A stretch of DNA of 64,000 nucleotides from the NCBI GenBank assembly GCA_036504335.1, contig DASXVJ010000023.1:144389-208388 (forward strand). The letters run 5' to 3'. How positions within the stretch are numbered: the stretch's first letter is position 1; each line of letters opens with the position of its first letter. Under the pieces are notes generated by a model. That model was not told where the DNA came from. It searched no databases and worked only from the letters and a program-made list of their open reading frames with translations. This document shows, in pieces, positions 1 through 11,010 of the stretch. A program made the position numbers and the translations under genes. Source of the DNA: Thermoanaerobaculia bacterium (GTDB lineage Bacteria; Acidobacteriota; Thermoanaerobaculia; UBA5066).

Positions 1-617
1 GCCCCGCCCGAGTTGCCGGGGTTGATCGCGGCGTCGGTCTGGAGGAAGTCGGAGTAGTTGCGGCCCGACTCGCCTTTCACCGTGCGGTGGACGGCCGAGA
101 CGATGCCCGTCGTGACGGTGTTGGAAAGCCCGAACGGGTTTCCGATCGCGATGACGGTCTCGCCGATCATGAGGTCCGACGTCGTGCCGAGCGCGGCAGC
201 CTTCAGGCCCTTCGGGTCGACGCTCAGGACCGCGAGGTCGTTGTCCGCGTCGGCGCCCTCGAGCTTCGCTTCCAGCTCGCGGCCGTCCGACGTCGTGACC
301 CAGATGCGCGAAGCGCCCGAGATCACGTGGTCGTTCGTCACGACGACGCCGGGCGCGATCACGACGCCCGAGCCGAGCGACTCGCTGCGCGACGTGCGCG
401 GGCGGGTCTCGCCCCCGAAGAAGAGGTCGACCGGACTGCGCCGCTGCTGGACGACGCGCTCGGCCGAGATGTTCACGACCGACGGGCTGATCTTCTCGAT
501 CGCGGCGACGATCGGGGTCCGGCGCTCCTCGCGCCCCGCTGCCTCAAGGGGCATCGAGACCGCGAGCGCGGCGAAGGCGAAAGCGAGGCGGGTTGACTTC
601 ATTTTCAGTCGTTTCAT
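1..617 (-). CDS. htrA: HtrA/DegP-family trypsin-like serine protease, N-terminal part (3' end runs off the window start)
   Basis: Reverse-strand translation gives MKRLKMKSTRLAFAFAALAV... (signal peptide) ...VTNDHVISGA...GNPFGLSNTVTTGIVSAV...DAAINPGNSGG, which includes the catalytic-Ser motif GNSGG. ATG at 617 (alternative 602). Absent from the ORF track because it has no stop inside the window. Confidence 0.8.
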   Translation of the reverse strand, partial: MKRLKMKSTRLAFAFAALAVSMPLEAAGREERRTPIVAAIEKISPSVVNISAERVVQQRRSPVDLFFGGETRPRTSRSESLGSGVVIAPGVVVTNDHVISGASRIWVTTSDGRELEAKLEGADADNDLAVLSVDPKGLKAAALGTTSDLMIGETVIAIGNPFGLSNTVTTGIVSAVHRTVKGESGRNYSDFLQTDAAINPGNSGG

Positions 618-645
618 AATTAAGTCGATATACCGGAAAGGAATT

Positions 646-1065
646 TTAAGTATTCTCAACACTCGGCAGAAGAAAGCGGTCCAGGCGCTCGTCGAACTCG
701 TCTATCGCGCGGGTCCGGACGTGCCGTCGGGCCAGCTCGCGACGTGGCTGGACCTCTCGCGCGACTCGGTCCACCAGCTGCTCCTGCCTCTCGTGAGGAA
801 CGGCTGGGTGGCGGCGGGCCGCGGGCGCAACGGCGGCTACCGGGCGACGCCGGTGGCGCCCGGCGTGACCGTCCTTTCCGTCGTGTCGCTCTATTCGCGC
901 GAGGGCCGCGACCCCACGCCCGACGACCCGGCCGCGCCGCGGTTCATCCGCAACCTCGACCAGCGGGCGTCCGAGCGCTATCGGCAATATCTTTCCTCCG
1001 TGACGGTGGGGGGCCTCGTCGCCGAGGTCCGCGCCGAGCGCGAGGAGCCCACCTACTCGATCTGA
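646..1065 (+). CDS. Rrf2-family transcriptional regulator (CymR/IscR-like); start codon uncertain
   Basis: The C-terminal two-thirds of frame 58..1065 reads ...KAVQALVELVYRAG..LATWLDLSRDSVHQLLLPLVRNGWVAAGRGRNGGYRATP, matching the Rrf2 wHTH and GxGGGY motif. There is no in-frame ATG/GTG/TTG near the expected N-terminus (ILNTRQKKAVQAL aligns with MRLTTKGRYAVTAM). Possible AUU start at 652, or a sequence error. Confidence 0.6.
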   Translation, partial: LSILNTRQKKAVQALVELVYRAGPDVPSGQLATWLDLSRDSVHQLLLPLVRNGWVAAGRGRNGGYRATPVAPGVTVLSVVSLYSREGRDPTPDDPAAPRFIRNLDQRASERYRQYLSSVTVGGLVAEVRAEREEPTYSI

Positions 1066-1131
1066 CCCTCTCGATCCGACTCTAGCAAGGCGCGCGCCCC
1101 GCCGCTGCGGCGCGGCGACAGAGGAAAGCAC

Positions 1132-2097
1132 ATGAAGATCGCATCGGACATCACGAAACTCGTCGGCGGAACGCCGCTCGTCCGCCTGAACCGCGTCACC
1201 GCGGGCATCGCCTCCGGCGCGACGGTCGGCGCGAAGCTCGAGTTCTTCAACCCGGCCCACTCCGTGAAGGACCGCATCGGCGTCGCGATGATCGAGGCGC
1301 TCGAGAAGCAGGGAAAGATCGCGCCGGGCAAGTCCGTCCTCATCGAGCCGACGTCGGGCAACACGGGGATCGGCCTCGCGTTCGTCGCGGCGGCCAAGGG
1401 GTACCGCCTCATCCTGACGATGCCCGAGACGATGTCGATCGAGCGGCGCAAGGTCCTGAAGCTCCTCGGGGCGGAGGTCATCCTGACGCCCGGCCCGCTC
1501 GGGATGAAGGGCGCGATCGCGAAGGCGCAGGAGCTGCTCGCCGAGTACGGCGCGAACGGGGTCCAGCCGCAGCAGTTCGAGAACCCCGCGAATCCGGCGA
1601 TCCACGAGGCCACGACGGCCGTCGAGCTCTGGAACGACACGGAAGGGAAGATGGACATCTTCGTCGCCGGTGTCGGGACGGGGGGCACCATGACGGGCGT
1701 CGGCCGGTACTGGAAGCCGAAGAAGCCGGCGGTCCGGCTCATCGCGGTCGAGCCGACGGCGTCCCCGGTCATTTCCGGGGGCGCGCCCGGCCCGCACAAG
1801 ATCCAGGGCATCGGCGCGGGCTTCATCCCGAAGAACCTCGACACGACGCTCGTGGACGAGACGTTCCAGGTGTCGAACGACCAGTCCTTCGCGATGGCGC
1901 GGCGCCTCGCGAAGGAAGAGGGCATCCTCGGCGGCATCTCGTCGGGCGCCGCGGTCCACGCGGCCGTCGAGATCGCGAAGCGGCCCGAGAGCGCGGGGAA
2001 ACTCATCGTCTGCGTGGTTCCCTCGACGTCCGAGCGCTACATCTCGACGGATCTCTTCAAGGAAGAGGAGGTTCCGTCGGGCGCGGCCGCTATTTAG
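1132..2097 (+). CDS. cysK: Cysteine synthase A (O-acetylserine sulfhydrylase)
   Basis: 321 aa. Carries the PLP-lysine motif SVKDRIG plus [10 protein letters not shown] and GTGGT. GAGGAAAG Shine-Dalgarno 5 nt before the ATG. Directly downstream of the Rrf2 regulator. Confidence 0.95.
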   Translation: MKIASDITKLVGGTPLVRLNRVTAGIASGATVGAKLEFFNPAHSVKDRIGVAMIEALEKQGKIAPGKSVLIEPTSGNTGIGLAFVAAAKGYRLILTMPETMSIERRKVLKLLGAEVILTPGPLGMKGAIAKAQELLAEYGANGVQPQQFENPANPAIHEATTAVELWNDTEGKMDIFVAGVGTGGTMTGVGRYWKPKKPAVRLIAVEPTASPVISGGAPGPHKIQGIGAGFIPKNLDTTLVDETFQVSNDQSFAMARRLAKEEGILGGISSGAAVHAAVEIAKRPESAGKLIVCVVPSTSERYISTDLFKEEEVPSGAAAI

Positions 2098-2597
2098 GGA
2101 TTGGCAGGGGGCAAACCGGTCCCCGGTTTTCCCCCTGACCCCCTTTCGGGGTTGATCCTGATGGCCTTCGGCTTCGTCTCCTCGCGCTTGGGCAGCTCCA
2201 CCGTGAGGACGCCGTTGTGGAACGACGCGACGATCTTCTCGTTGTCGACGTTCGCGGGAATCGTGAAGGAGCGGACGAACTTTCCGTAGCTCCGCTCGAC
2301 GCGGTGGTAGTTCTCGTCGGCGTTCTCCTTCTCGAACTTGCGCTCGCCTTCGAGCGACAGGATCCCGTCCTCGAAACGCAGCGCGATCTGGTTCTCGTCG
2401 AAGCCGGGCAGCTCGGCCTTGAGAACCGTCTTCTCCTTCGTCTCGAAGATGTCCACGGGCGGCGCCCACGTCCCCGTGAAGAGCTCCTCCTGCTGTTCGC
2501 GCCCGCCGCGGGCGAGGGTGGAGTCGAAGGCGCGGTTCAGGCGGTCCTGAAGCGTCGCGAGGTCGCGGAAGGGGTCGTTCCAGCGGATGACGGGCAT
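2094..2597 (-). CDS. Hsp20/alpha-crystallin small heat-shock protein
   Basis: [25 protein letters not shown]...[11 protein letters not shown] is an alpha-crystallin domain. The track ORF 2094..2723 is trimmed to M43, which is preceded by an AAGGAGGAA Shine-Dalgarno. Lies 19 bp downstream of clpB on the same strand. Confidence 0.9.
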   Translation of the reverse strand: MPVIRWNDPFRDLATLQDRLNRAFDSTLARGGREQQEELFTGTWAPPVDIFETKEKTVLKAELPGFDENQIALRFEDGILSLEGERKFEKENADENYHRVERSYGKFVRSFTIPANVDNEKIVASFHNGVLTVELPKREETKPKAIRINPERGSGGKPGTGLPPANP

Positions 2598-2616
2598 GGG
2601 TCTCGTTCCTCCTTCA

Positions 2617-5238
<2,622 letters not shown>

Positions 5239-5247
5239 GACGCCAAG

Positions 5248-5276
5248 AATCTAGTATCTGAGTCTCATGATGTCAA
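5248..5276 (-). promoter_or_regulatory. Sigma-70-type promoter of clpB, leaderless arrangement
   Basis: On the minus strand: TTGACA (5271-5276), a 17-nt spacer, TAGATT (5248-5253), then 9 nt to the clpB ATG (5238). Sits in an AT-rich intergenic region with GAATCTA direct repeats at 5247 and 5281 and overlapping short inverted repeats at 5281-5328. Confidence 0.45.
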
Positions 5277-5367
5277 GTGTGAATCTACAGCAATGACGAA
5301 GATTCATATAAGTCATTTTCTATGAATGGTTAATGGGTCCGATGCCCCGTGCTAGGCTTTCGCGGCG

Positions 5368-7149
5368 ATGAGGCGCCGGGGCGCTGCGGAAGAAGAGAGC
5401 CGGGGCCGCGGGCTTCTTCCATTCATAGGAATCTTCTTCCTCGCTTTGGTCGTCCGTCTCGCGGTTTCCTCCTCACTTTCTTCCCTCGGCCTCTGGCAGA
5501 ACCCGCAGTTCGATGCGCACGAGAACCTCGTCTGGGCGCAGGCGATCGCGGCGGGCGATTTCACGTGGCCGTCGCCTCCCACGCACGGCCCCGCGTACCC
5601 GTTCTTCCTCGCCCTCCTGCTCAAGGTCTTTGGGTCGATGAACGCGGCGCGAATCGCCCAGGCCGCGCTCGCGTCCGTGACGTGCGTTCTCGTCGCGAAG
5701 ACCGGGGAGATTCTCTTTGAAAGGAGTGCGGGGATCGCAGCGGGACTCCTCCTCGCGGTCTCCGGGCCCCTCTCGCTCGTGGACACGAGCTTCTGGGAGG
5801 AGTCGTTCGTCGGCTGCCTTCTTTCATCGGCTCTTCTCCTTCTCGTGAAGAAGAAGACGACGGCCTCGGCGCTGGTCGTCGGCGCTCTTCTCGGCGTCGC
5901 ATGCGCGGCGCGGCCGACTGTGGGGTTGTTCGTTCTCGCGGCCCTCGCCGCCGTCCTCCTCCTCGAGGGATGGGCGCGGCGCGTTCCCGCGGCCCTCGCC
6001 GTCGCGGCGGGCGTGGCGCTCGTCCTCGTGCCGGCGGTCGCCGCCTCCTCGAAGGCTTCAGGCCGCTTCGTCTTCGTCCGCGCGTACGGCGCGGTGAACC
6101 TCTGGCTCGGCAACGACCCGGCTTCCGGAGGCGTGCAGAACGCGCGTCCGAACGGGCCGTGGGACAGGCTCGCGGCCGAACCCGCCCGCGCGGGCGTCCC
6201 GCCCGCGGGCGAGGAGGCGTACTTCACGAGGAAGGCCGTCCGGCGCGCGACGTCGGATCCGGCGGGGCTCGTGCGCGTCGTCGTCTCGAAACTCGGCTGG
6301 CTCACGCAGGCTGAGGAGCCGCGCGACAACCACGCGTTCGCGTTCTTTGCCGGGGGATCGGGGATTCTGAGAATGCTCCCCGGCTTCGGCCTGCTCTTCG
6401 CTCTCGCGGCCGCATCCGTGCTCGCCGCGCCGCCCGTGCGCCGAGTCGCGCTTCCACTCATGTGGATCGCCGCGGCCTCAGTCCCGCCTCTCGTCGCGCT
6501 CGCGGGAATGAGGTATCGGATTCCGATCGTTCCGCCTCTTGCGCTTTTTGCGGGCGCGGGAGCCGCGCTTCTCCTCGAGCGAATCAAGGCGCGCGACCCG
6601 CGGCGGCTCGCGGCGCCGGCTGTCGTCGCGCTCCTTGCGCTTCCTGCGACCCACCTGAGAAGACATTCTCCGTCTCACGTCTTCTCGGAGGAATGGACCC
6701 TTGACGGAAACGCGTGGATGGAGATGAGAAAGTGGGACGAGGCCGAGCGCTCACTGCGTCGCGCCGTCGACGCAGACCCGCAAGCGGCGCTCCCCGTCGA
6801 ATTCGTCGGCCGGCTCCGCCTCGCCCAGGGACGGGCCGTCGAAGCCGCGGGCGCCCTCGAACGATCTCTTCGAATGGACCCCGACTCGCGGTCGGCTCAC
6901 TTCTTTCTGGGACAGGCGCGCGAAGCGCTGCGGCGCTTCCCGGACGCGGCCGCGGCGTACCGCGAGGCGCTTGCGATTTCGCCTGCGTTCTTCCCCGCGC
7001 AATTCCACCTCGGGCGCGCGCTGATCCTCGCGGGAGATCCCGCGGCGGCGGTCCCGGAGCTCGAGAAGGCCGTCGCCCTTCAGCCCTCCGAGCAGCCTCC
7101 GCGCGAGCTCCTCGAGCGGGCGCGCGCCCTCGCCCTCACACCGCGCTGA
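5368..7149 (+). CDS. Membrane glycosyltransferase (GT-C fold, PMT/ArnT-like) with C-terminal TPR repeats
   Basis: 593 aa. The N-terminal roughly 420 aa is polytopic and hydrophobic, resembling dolichyl-phosphate-mannose/ArnT-type transferases. The C-terminal region has TPR-like repeats (NAWMEMRKWDEAERSLRRAV...). Start inferred from the ORF track. Confidence 0.7.
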   Translation: MRRRGAAEEESRGRGLLPFIGIFFLALVVRLAVSSSLSSLGLWQNPQFDAHENLVWAQAIAAGDFTWPSPPTHGPAYPFFLALLLKVFGSMNAARIAQAALASVTCVLVAKTGEILFERSAGIAAGLLLAVSGPLSLVDTSFWEESFVGCLLSSALLLLVKKKTTASALVVGALLGVACAARPTVGLFVLAALAAVLLLEGWARRVPAALAVAAGVALVLVPAVAASSKASGRFVFVRAYGAVNLWLGNDPASGGVQNARPNGPWDRLAAEPARAGVPPAGEEAYFTRKAVRRATSDPAGLVRVVVSKLGWLTQAEEPRDNHAFAFFAGGSGILRMLPGFGLLFALAAASVLAAPPVRRVALPLMWIAAASVPPLVALAGMRYRIPIVPPLALFAGAGAALLLERIKARDPRRLAAPAVVALLALPATHLRRHSPSHVFSEEWTLDGNAWMEMRKWDEAERSLRRAVDADPQAALPVEFVGRLRLAQGRAVEAAGALERSLRMDPDSRSAHFFLGQAREALRRFPDAAAAYREALAISPAFFPAQFHLGRALILAGDPAAAVPELEKAVALQPSEQPPRELLERARALALTPR

Positions 7150-7875
7150 TTACCCGAGCCGGGCGTCCCGCTCGCCGGCCTCGGCGAACCCCTTCGCGCG
7201 AAGCAGGCACGAATCGCACGCGCCGCAAGGCCTTCCCGTGGGCGAAGGGTCGTAACAGGACGTCGTGAGGCCGGGGTCGAGGCCGAGCGCGAGCGCGAGG
7301 CGGACGATGTCCGCCTTCGCGAGCGCGAGGAGCGGCGCGCGGATCGCAAAGCGCCGCCCCTCGTCTCCCGCCTTCGTCCCGAGGTTCGCGACGCGCTCGA
7401 ACGCGCGGAGGAACGCGGGCCGGCAATCCGGGTAGCCCGAGTAGTCGAGCGCGTTCGCGCCGATCACGATCTCGGTCGCGCCCGCGGTCTCGGCCGCGCC
7501 GAGCGCGAACGCGAGAAAGAGCGTGTTGCGCGCGGGGACGTACGTGACGGGGATGCGGGCCTTCCCGAGCGCCTTCTTCGGGACGCGGATGGAGCGGTCC
7601 GTGAGCGCCGAACCGCCGAGTGCGCCGAAGGAGGGGATCGCGATCACGCGGTGCGACGCGACGCGGTAGCGGCGGGCGAGCGAGCGAGCGGCGCGCAGCT
7701 CCACGCGGTGGCGCTGGCCGTAGTCGAAGGAGAGCGCGTGGACTGTCCACCCCCAGCGCGTCACGAGCGCGAGGCAGGTCGCGGAATCGAGGCCGCCGGA
7801 GAGGAGGAGGACGCAGGTCCTCCGCCCCTCGGCCGGCGCGTGGGGTATCGCCGCTGAAATCTTTCTCTTCATCTT
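7150..7875 (-). CDS. queC: 7-cyano-7-deazaguanine synthase
   Basis: Carries the LLSGGLDS PP-loop and the C-terminal Zn motif CxxCxxC...C (CYDPSPTGRPCGACDSC). Start trimmed to MKRKISA.... Confidence 0.9.
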   Translation of the reverse strand, partial: KMKRKISAAIPHAPAEGRRTCVLLLSGGLDSATCLALVTRWGWTVHALSFDYGQRHRVELRAARSLARRYRVASHRVIAIPSFGALGGSALTDRSIRVPKKALGKARIPVTYVPARNTLFLAFALGAAETAGATEIVIGANALDYSGYPDCRPAFLRAFERVANLGTKAGDEGRRFAIRAPLLALAKADIVRLALALGLDPGLTTSCYDPSPTGRPCGACDSCLLRAKGFAEAGERDARLG

Positions 7876-8525
7876 CCTGGAACATCTCCCCAAAGGACCT
7901 TGTGCACCTGGAGGTTCAGCCGCAGTCTTCTCTTCGAGTCGCGCACCCATTCGGCAACCTCGGGGGCGATCCTGGATTCTTTCCCTTCGAAGACGGGCGA
8001 AATCAGGACGGCTTTCGTCTCATCCAGGCGGTGCTTCTCGACGAGCGCTTCGGCCCATTCGAAGTCTTCCCGATCCGCCACGACGAACTTCACCTCGTCC
8101 CTCGGCCCGAGGAGCGCCAGGTTCCCGAGGTCGTTGCGGCTCTCCATGCCCGAGCCGGGGCACTTCACGTCGACAATCTTGATGACGCGCGCGTCCACGC
8201 GACCGACGGGCACGTGGCCGCCCGTCTCGACGAGGACGGTGTAGCCCCGGTCGCAGAGCGCGGACGCGAGCGCGTAGAAGCCCTCCTGCTCGAGCGGCTC
8301 GCCGCCTGTGAGCTCGACGAGCGGTGCCCCGAGGCGATCGACCTCGGAGAGGACCTCGCCTTCGGTCATCTCCGTCCCGCCCGAGAACGCGTACGCGCTG
8401 TCGCACCACGTGCAGCGCAGCGCGCAGCCCGTGAGCCGCACGAACGTGCACGGCAGGCCCGCGAAGGACGACTCGCCCTGCAGGCTGCGGAAGATCTCGG
8501 TGACGAGGAGGGGAGGGGCGGCCAT
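7869..8525 (-). CDS. queE: 7-carboxy-7-deazaguanine synthase (radical SAM)
   Basis: MAAPPLLVTEIFRSLQGESSFAGLPCTFVRLTGCALRCTWCD carries the CxxxCxxC cluster motif. The Arg-rich N-terminal extension of the track ORF (7869..8897) is discarded. Overlaps queC by 7 nt. Confidence 0.9.
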   Translation of the reverse strand: MAAPPLLVTEIFRSLQGESSFAGLPCTFVRLTGCALRCTWCDSAYAFSGGTEMTEGEVLSEVDRLGAPLVELTGGEPLEQEGFYALASALCDRGYTVLVETGGHVPVGRVDARVIKIVDVKCPGSGMESRNDLGNLALLGPRDEVKFVVADREDFEWAEALVEKHRLDETKAVLISPVFEGKESRIAPEVAEWVRDSKRRLRLNLQVHKVLWGDVPGR

Positions 8526-8557
8526 CGCGCGGACGATAGCGCGGCCATAATCGTCCC

Positions 8558-9340
8558 GTGCGGTTGAAGCTCGAGATTGCGTACCTGGGAACCTTCTTCG
8601 AAGGCTGGCAGGTGCAGGCGCCCCGCGAAGGCGGCGAAAAGCCGCGCACGGTCCAGGGCGAATTGGAGATTTCTTTGAATGAAATACTTCAGAGGGAGAT
8701 CCGGGTACACGGCTCCGGCCGCACCGATTCCGGCGTGCACGCGGACGCTCAGGTCGCCCATTTCGACGTTCCCGAGGGTGCGCCCCTCTTACCCTCTCAG
8801 AAAATCCCCCGTGCCCTGAATTCCAGGCTTCCATGGGATGTGCGGGTCCTGTCGGCGTCCGAGGCCTCGCCGGACTTCCACGCCCGCTACTCGGCAAGCG
8901 GCAAGGTCTACGTCTACCGCCTCCGCCGCGGTGACACCCTCCTCCCGCACGGAGGTCTCGTCGAGGCGCTCGCGGGAGAGCCGCTCGACGTCGGCGCGAT
9001 GCGTGCGGCGGCGGACCTTCTCGTCGGGACGCGCGACTTCGCGCCGTTCTCGATCACGGGCTCGGACCCCGGGACGACCGTGCGGACGCTCCGCCGTCTC
9101 GACGTCGCGGAGGACCGCTCGCTCCTCGTGATCACGGCGGAAGGCGACGGCTTCCTGCGCGGCATGGTGCGGCGGCTCGTGGGGACCCTCCGCGACGCGG
9201 GCCGGGGACACATCCGCCCGGACGAGGCTCTCGCCCGCCCGGGCCCGACCGCCGAGGCCCGCGGGCTCACGCTCGCCCGTGTGCTGTACGCGCCGGACGC
9301 GGCGGGGGCGCCGGGGCCGTCCCGGCCGCCCGCGCGATAG
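8558..9340 (+). CDS. truA: tRNA pseudouridine(38-40) synthase
   Basis: Core motif GSGRTDSGVHADAQVAHFDV with catalytic Asp. GTG start. Confidence 0.9.
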   Translation: MRLKLEIAYLGTFFEGWQVQAPREGGEKPRTVQGELEISLNEILQREIRVHGSGRTDSGVHADAQVAHFDVPEGAPLLPSQKIPRALNSRLPWDVRVLSASEASPDFHARYSASGKVYVYRLRRGDTLLPHGGLVEALAGEPLDVGAMRAAADLLVGTRDFAPFSITGSDPGTTVRTLRRLDVAEDRSLLVITAEGDGFLRGMVRRLVGTLRDAGRGHIRPDEALARPGPTAEARGLTLARVLYAPDAAGAPGPSRPPAR

Positions 9341-9373
9341 AATTCGCCGTTCGGGCGCATCCCGCCCGGCTGG

Positions 9374-10195
9374 ATGATCGACAAGGATTCCATCGCCGCC
9401 GCCGGTTCCCCCGATCGAGCCCTGCTCGACGGGCTCGACCTCGCGCGACTGCCCCGGCACGTGGCCGTGATCATGGACGGCAACGGGCGCTGGGCGCGCC
9501 AGCGCCGGCTGCCGCGCGTGGAGGGCCACCGCGCGGGGATCGCCTCCGTGCGGGCCACCGTGGAGACGGCCGCGCGCCTGAAGCTGACCGCGCTGACGCT
9601 CTACGCGTTCTCGACGGAGAACTGGAAGCGGCCGCACCTCGAGGTCGCGACGCTCATGGCGCTCCTCAAGGAGTACCTCAGGCGCGAGCTGAAGACGCTG
9701 CTCGACAACGACATCAGGTTCCGCGTCGTGGGCCGCATGGACGGGCTCGACCCTTCCGTGCAGCGTGAGCTGCAGAGCGCGCTCGACGCGACGGCGCACT
9801 GCAAGGGGATGGTGTTCAACATCGCGCTCAACTACTCCGGGCGCACCGAGCTCGCGGACGCGATGCGGTCGCTCGCCGCCGAGGTGAAGGCCGGACGCCT
9901 GCAGCCCGAGGAGATCGACGAGGCGGCGATCGAGGCGCGCCTCTACACGGCCGGCCTTCCCGACCCGGACCTCCTGATCCGGACGAGCGGCGAGATGCGG
10001 ATCTCGAACTACCTGCTCTGGCAGATCGCCTATTCCGAGATCTACGTGACGCCGGTCCTCTGGCCCGACTTCCGGGCCCGCGATTTCCTCGAGGCGATCG
10101 CGGAGTTCCAGAAGCGCGAGCGGCGGTACGGCGGCGTGCCGGAGACCGAGCCCCTGCGAGAGGACGGCCCGCGCCCGGCGGCGGCCACGCGGTGA
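9374..10195 (+). CDS. uppS: Undecaprenyl-diphosphate synthase
   Basis: Motifs HVAVIMDGNGRWA, LTLYAFSTENWKRP and RTSGEMRISNYLLWQ. Confidence 0.95.
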   Translation: MIDKDSIAAAGSPDRALLDGLDLARLPRHVAVIMDGNGRWARQRRLPRVEGHRAGIASVRATVETAARLKLTALTLYAFSTENWKRPHLEVATLMALLKEYLRRELKTLLDNDIRFRVVGRMDGLDPSVQRELQSALDATAHCKGMVFNIALNYSGRTELADAMRSLAAEVKAGRLQPEEIDEAAIEARLYTAGLPDPDLLIRTSGEMRISNYLLWQIAYSEIYVTPVLWPDFRARDFLEAIAEFQKRERRYGGVPETEPLREDGPRPAAATR

Positions 10196-11010
10196 GGTTC
10201 CAGAGGGAAGTCACGGCCGCCGTTCTCATCCCGGCGGTCCTCGCGGTGCTGGTCTTCGCGCCGACGTGGGCGTTCTCGCTGCTGGTCGCAGCGGCGGCCT
10301 GCGTCGCGCTCCTGGAGTTCTACGCTCTCCTCGCGGCCGCGGGCTGGATCGTGCCCCGCGCCGCGGGGCTCGTCCTCTTCGTGGCGCTCCTCGTTGCCGC
10401 GCACCTCGCCGCGCCCGTCGCCCTGCTCGCGCTCACGGCCGCGACGCTGCTTCTCCTCCCGACGCTCGTGATGTTCGCCTCGCCGGCCGAGGCGCTCTAC
10501 CTCCCGTCGTCGGCGGGCGCCGTCTTCGCGACGCTCTACGTCGCGCTCGGCGGAGCCTCGATCATCGGGCTGCGCGCGCACGGCTGGCAGCCCGTGGTGT
10601 TCCTCCTCGCGGTCGTCTGGGCCGGCGACTCGGCGGCGTACTACGTGGGCCGCCGCTGGGGGAAGCGCAAGCTCGCTCCCGTCGTGAGCCCGAAGAAGAC
10701 GTGGGAAGGCCTCTGGGGCCAGCTCGCAGGCGGGGCGCTCTTCGGGGCGGCCGCGGCGTTCCTGATCTCCCCGGGCGCGCGGGGCGACGCCTCCGTCGCC
10801 CTCGCAGGCGCCGCGTTCGGCCTCGTCGTGTCGGCCACCGCCGTCGTCGGCGATCTCGTGGAGTCGACGTTCAAGCGGAGCGTGCACGTCAAGGACTCCG
10901 GCGGCCTCCTGCCCGGCCACGGCGGCCTCCTCGACCGGCTGGACTCCTTGCTCTACGCTTCGCCCGTGCTGCTCTTCACCCTGACCCTCCTGCCCGGAGG
11001 CCCTCGTTGA
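10192..11010 (+). CDS. cdsA: Phosphatidate cytidylyltransferase
   Basis: Multi-pass membrane protein. CTP_transf_1 signature SxxKRxxxxKDSGxLLPGHGGxLDRxDS near the C-terminus. Confidence 0.9.
   Translation: MRFQREVTAAVLIPAVLAVLVFAPTWAFSLLVAAAACVALLEFYALLAAAGWIVPRAAGLVLFVALLVAAHLAAPVALLALTAATLLLLPTLVMFASPAEALYLPSSAGAVFATLYVALGGASIIGLRAHGWQPVVFLLAVVWAGDSAAYYVGRRWGKRKLAPVVSPKKTWEGLWGQLAGGALFGAAAAFLISPGARGDASVALAGAAFGLVVSATAVVGDLVESTFKRSVHVKDSGGLLPGHGGLLDRLDSLLYASPVLLFTLTLLPGGPR

Noticed and set aside
646-2469. 607-aa Arg-rich minus-strand ORF and similar very long ORFs (2587..5325+, 17000..19354-, 36225..41690+, 39685..43206-, 44130..47150-)
   Set aside because: They are antisense or out-of-frame to well-supported genes (cysK, clpB, bamD, the TBDR, the S9 peptidase). 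Their R/G/P-rich low-complexity composition is typical of spurious frames in 70% GC DNA.
5239-5290. HAIR (HspR) or CIRCE (HrcA) operator upstream of clpB
   Set aside because: Only a 7-N7-7 geometry with 5/7 matches per half to CTTGAGT/ACTCAAG, and the halves are not mutually inverted. No TTAGCACTC-N9-GAGTGCTAA is present. Retained only as a generic repeat-rich control region.
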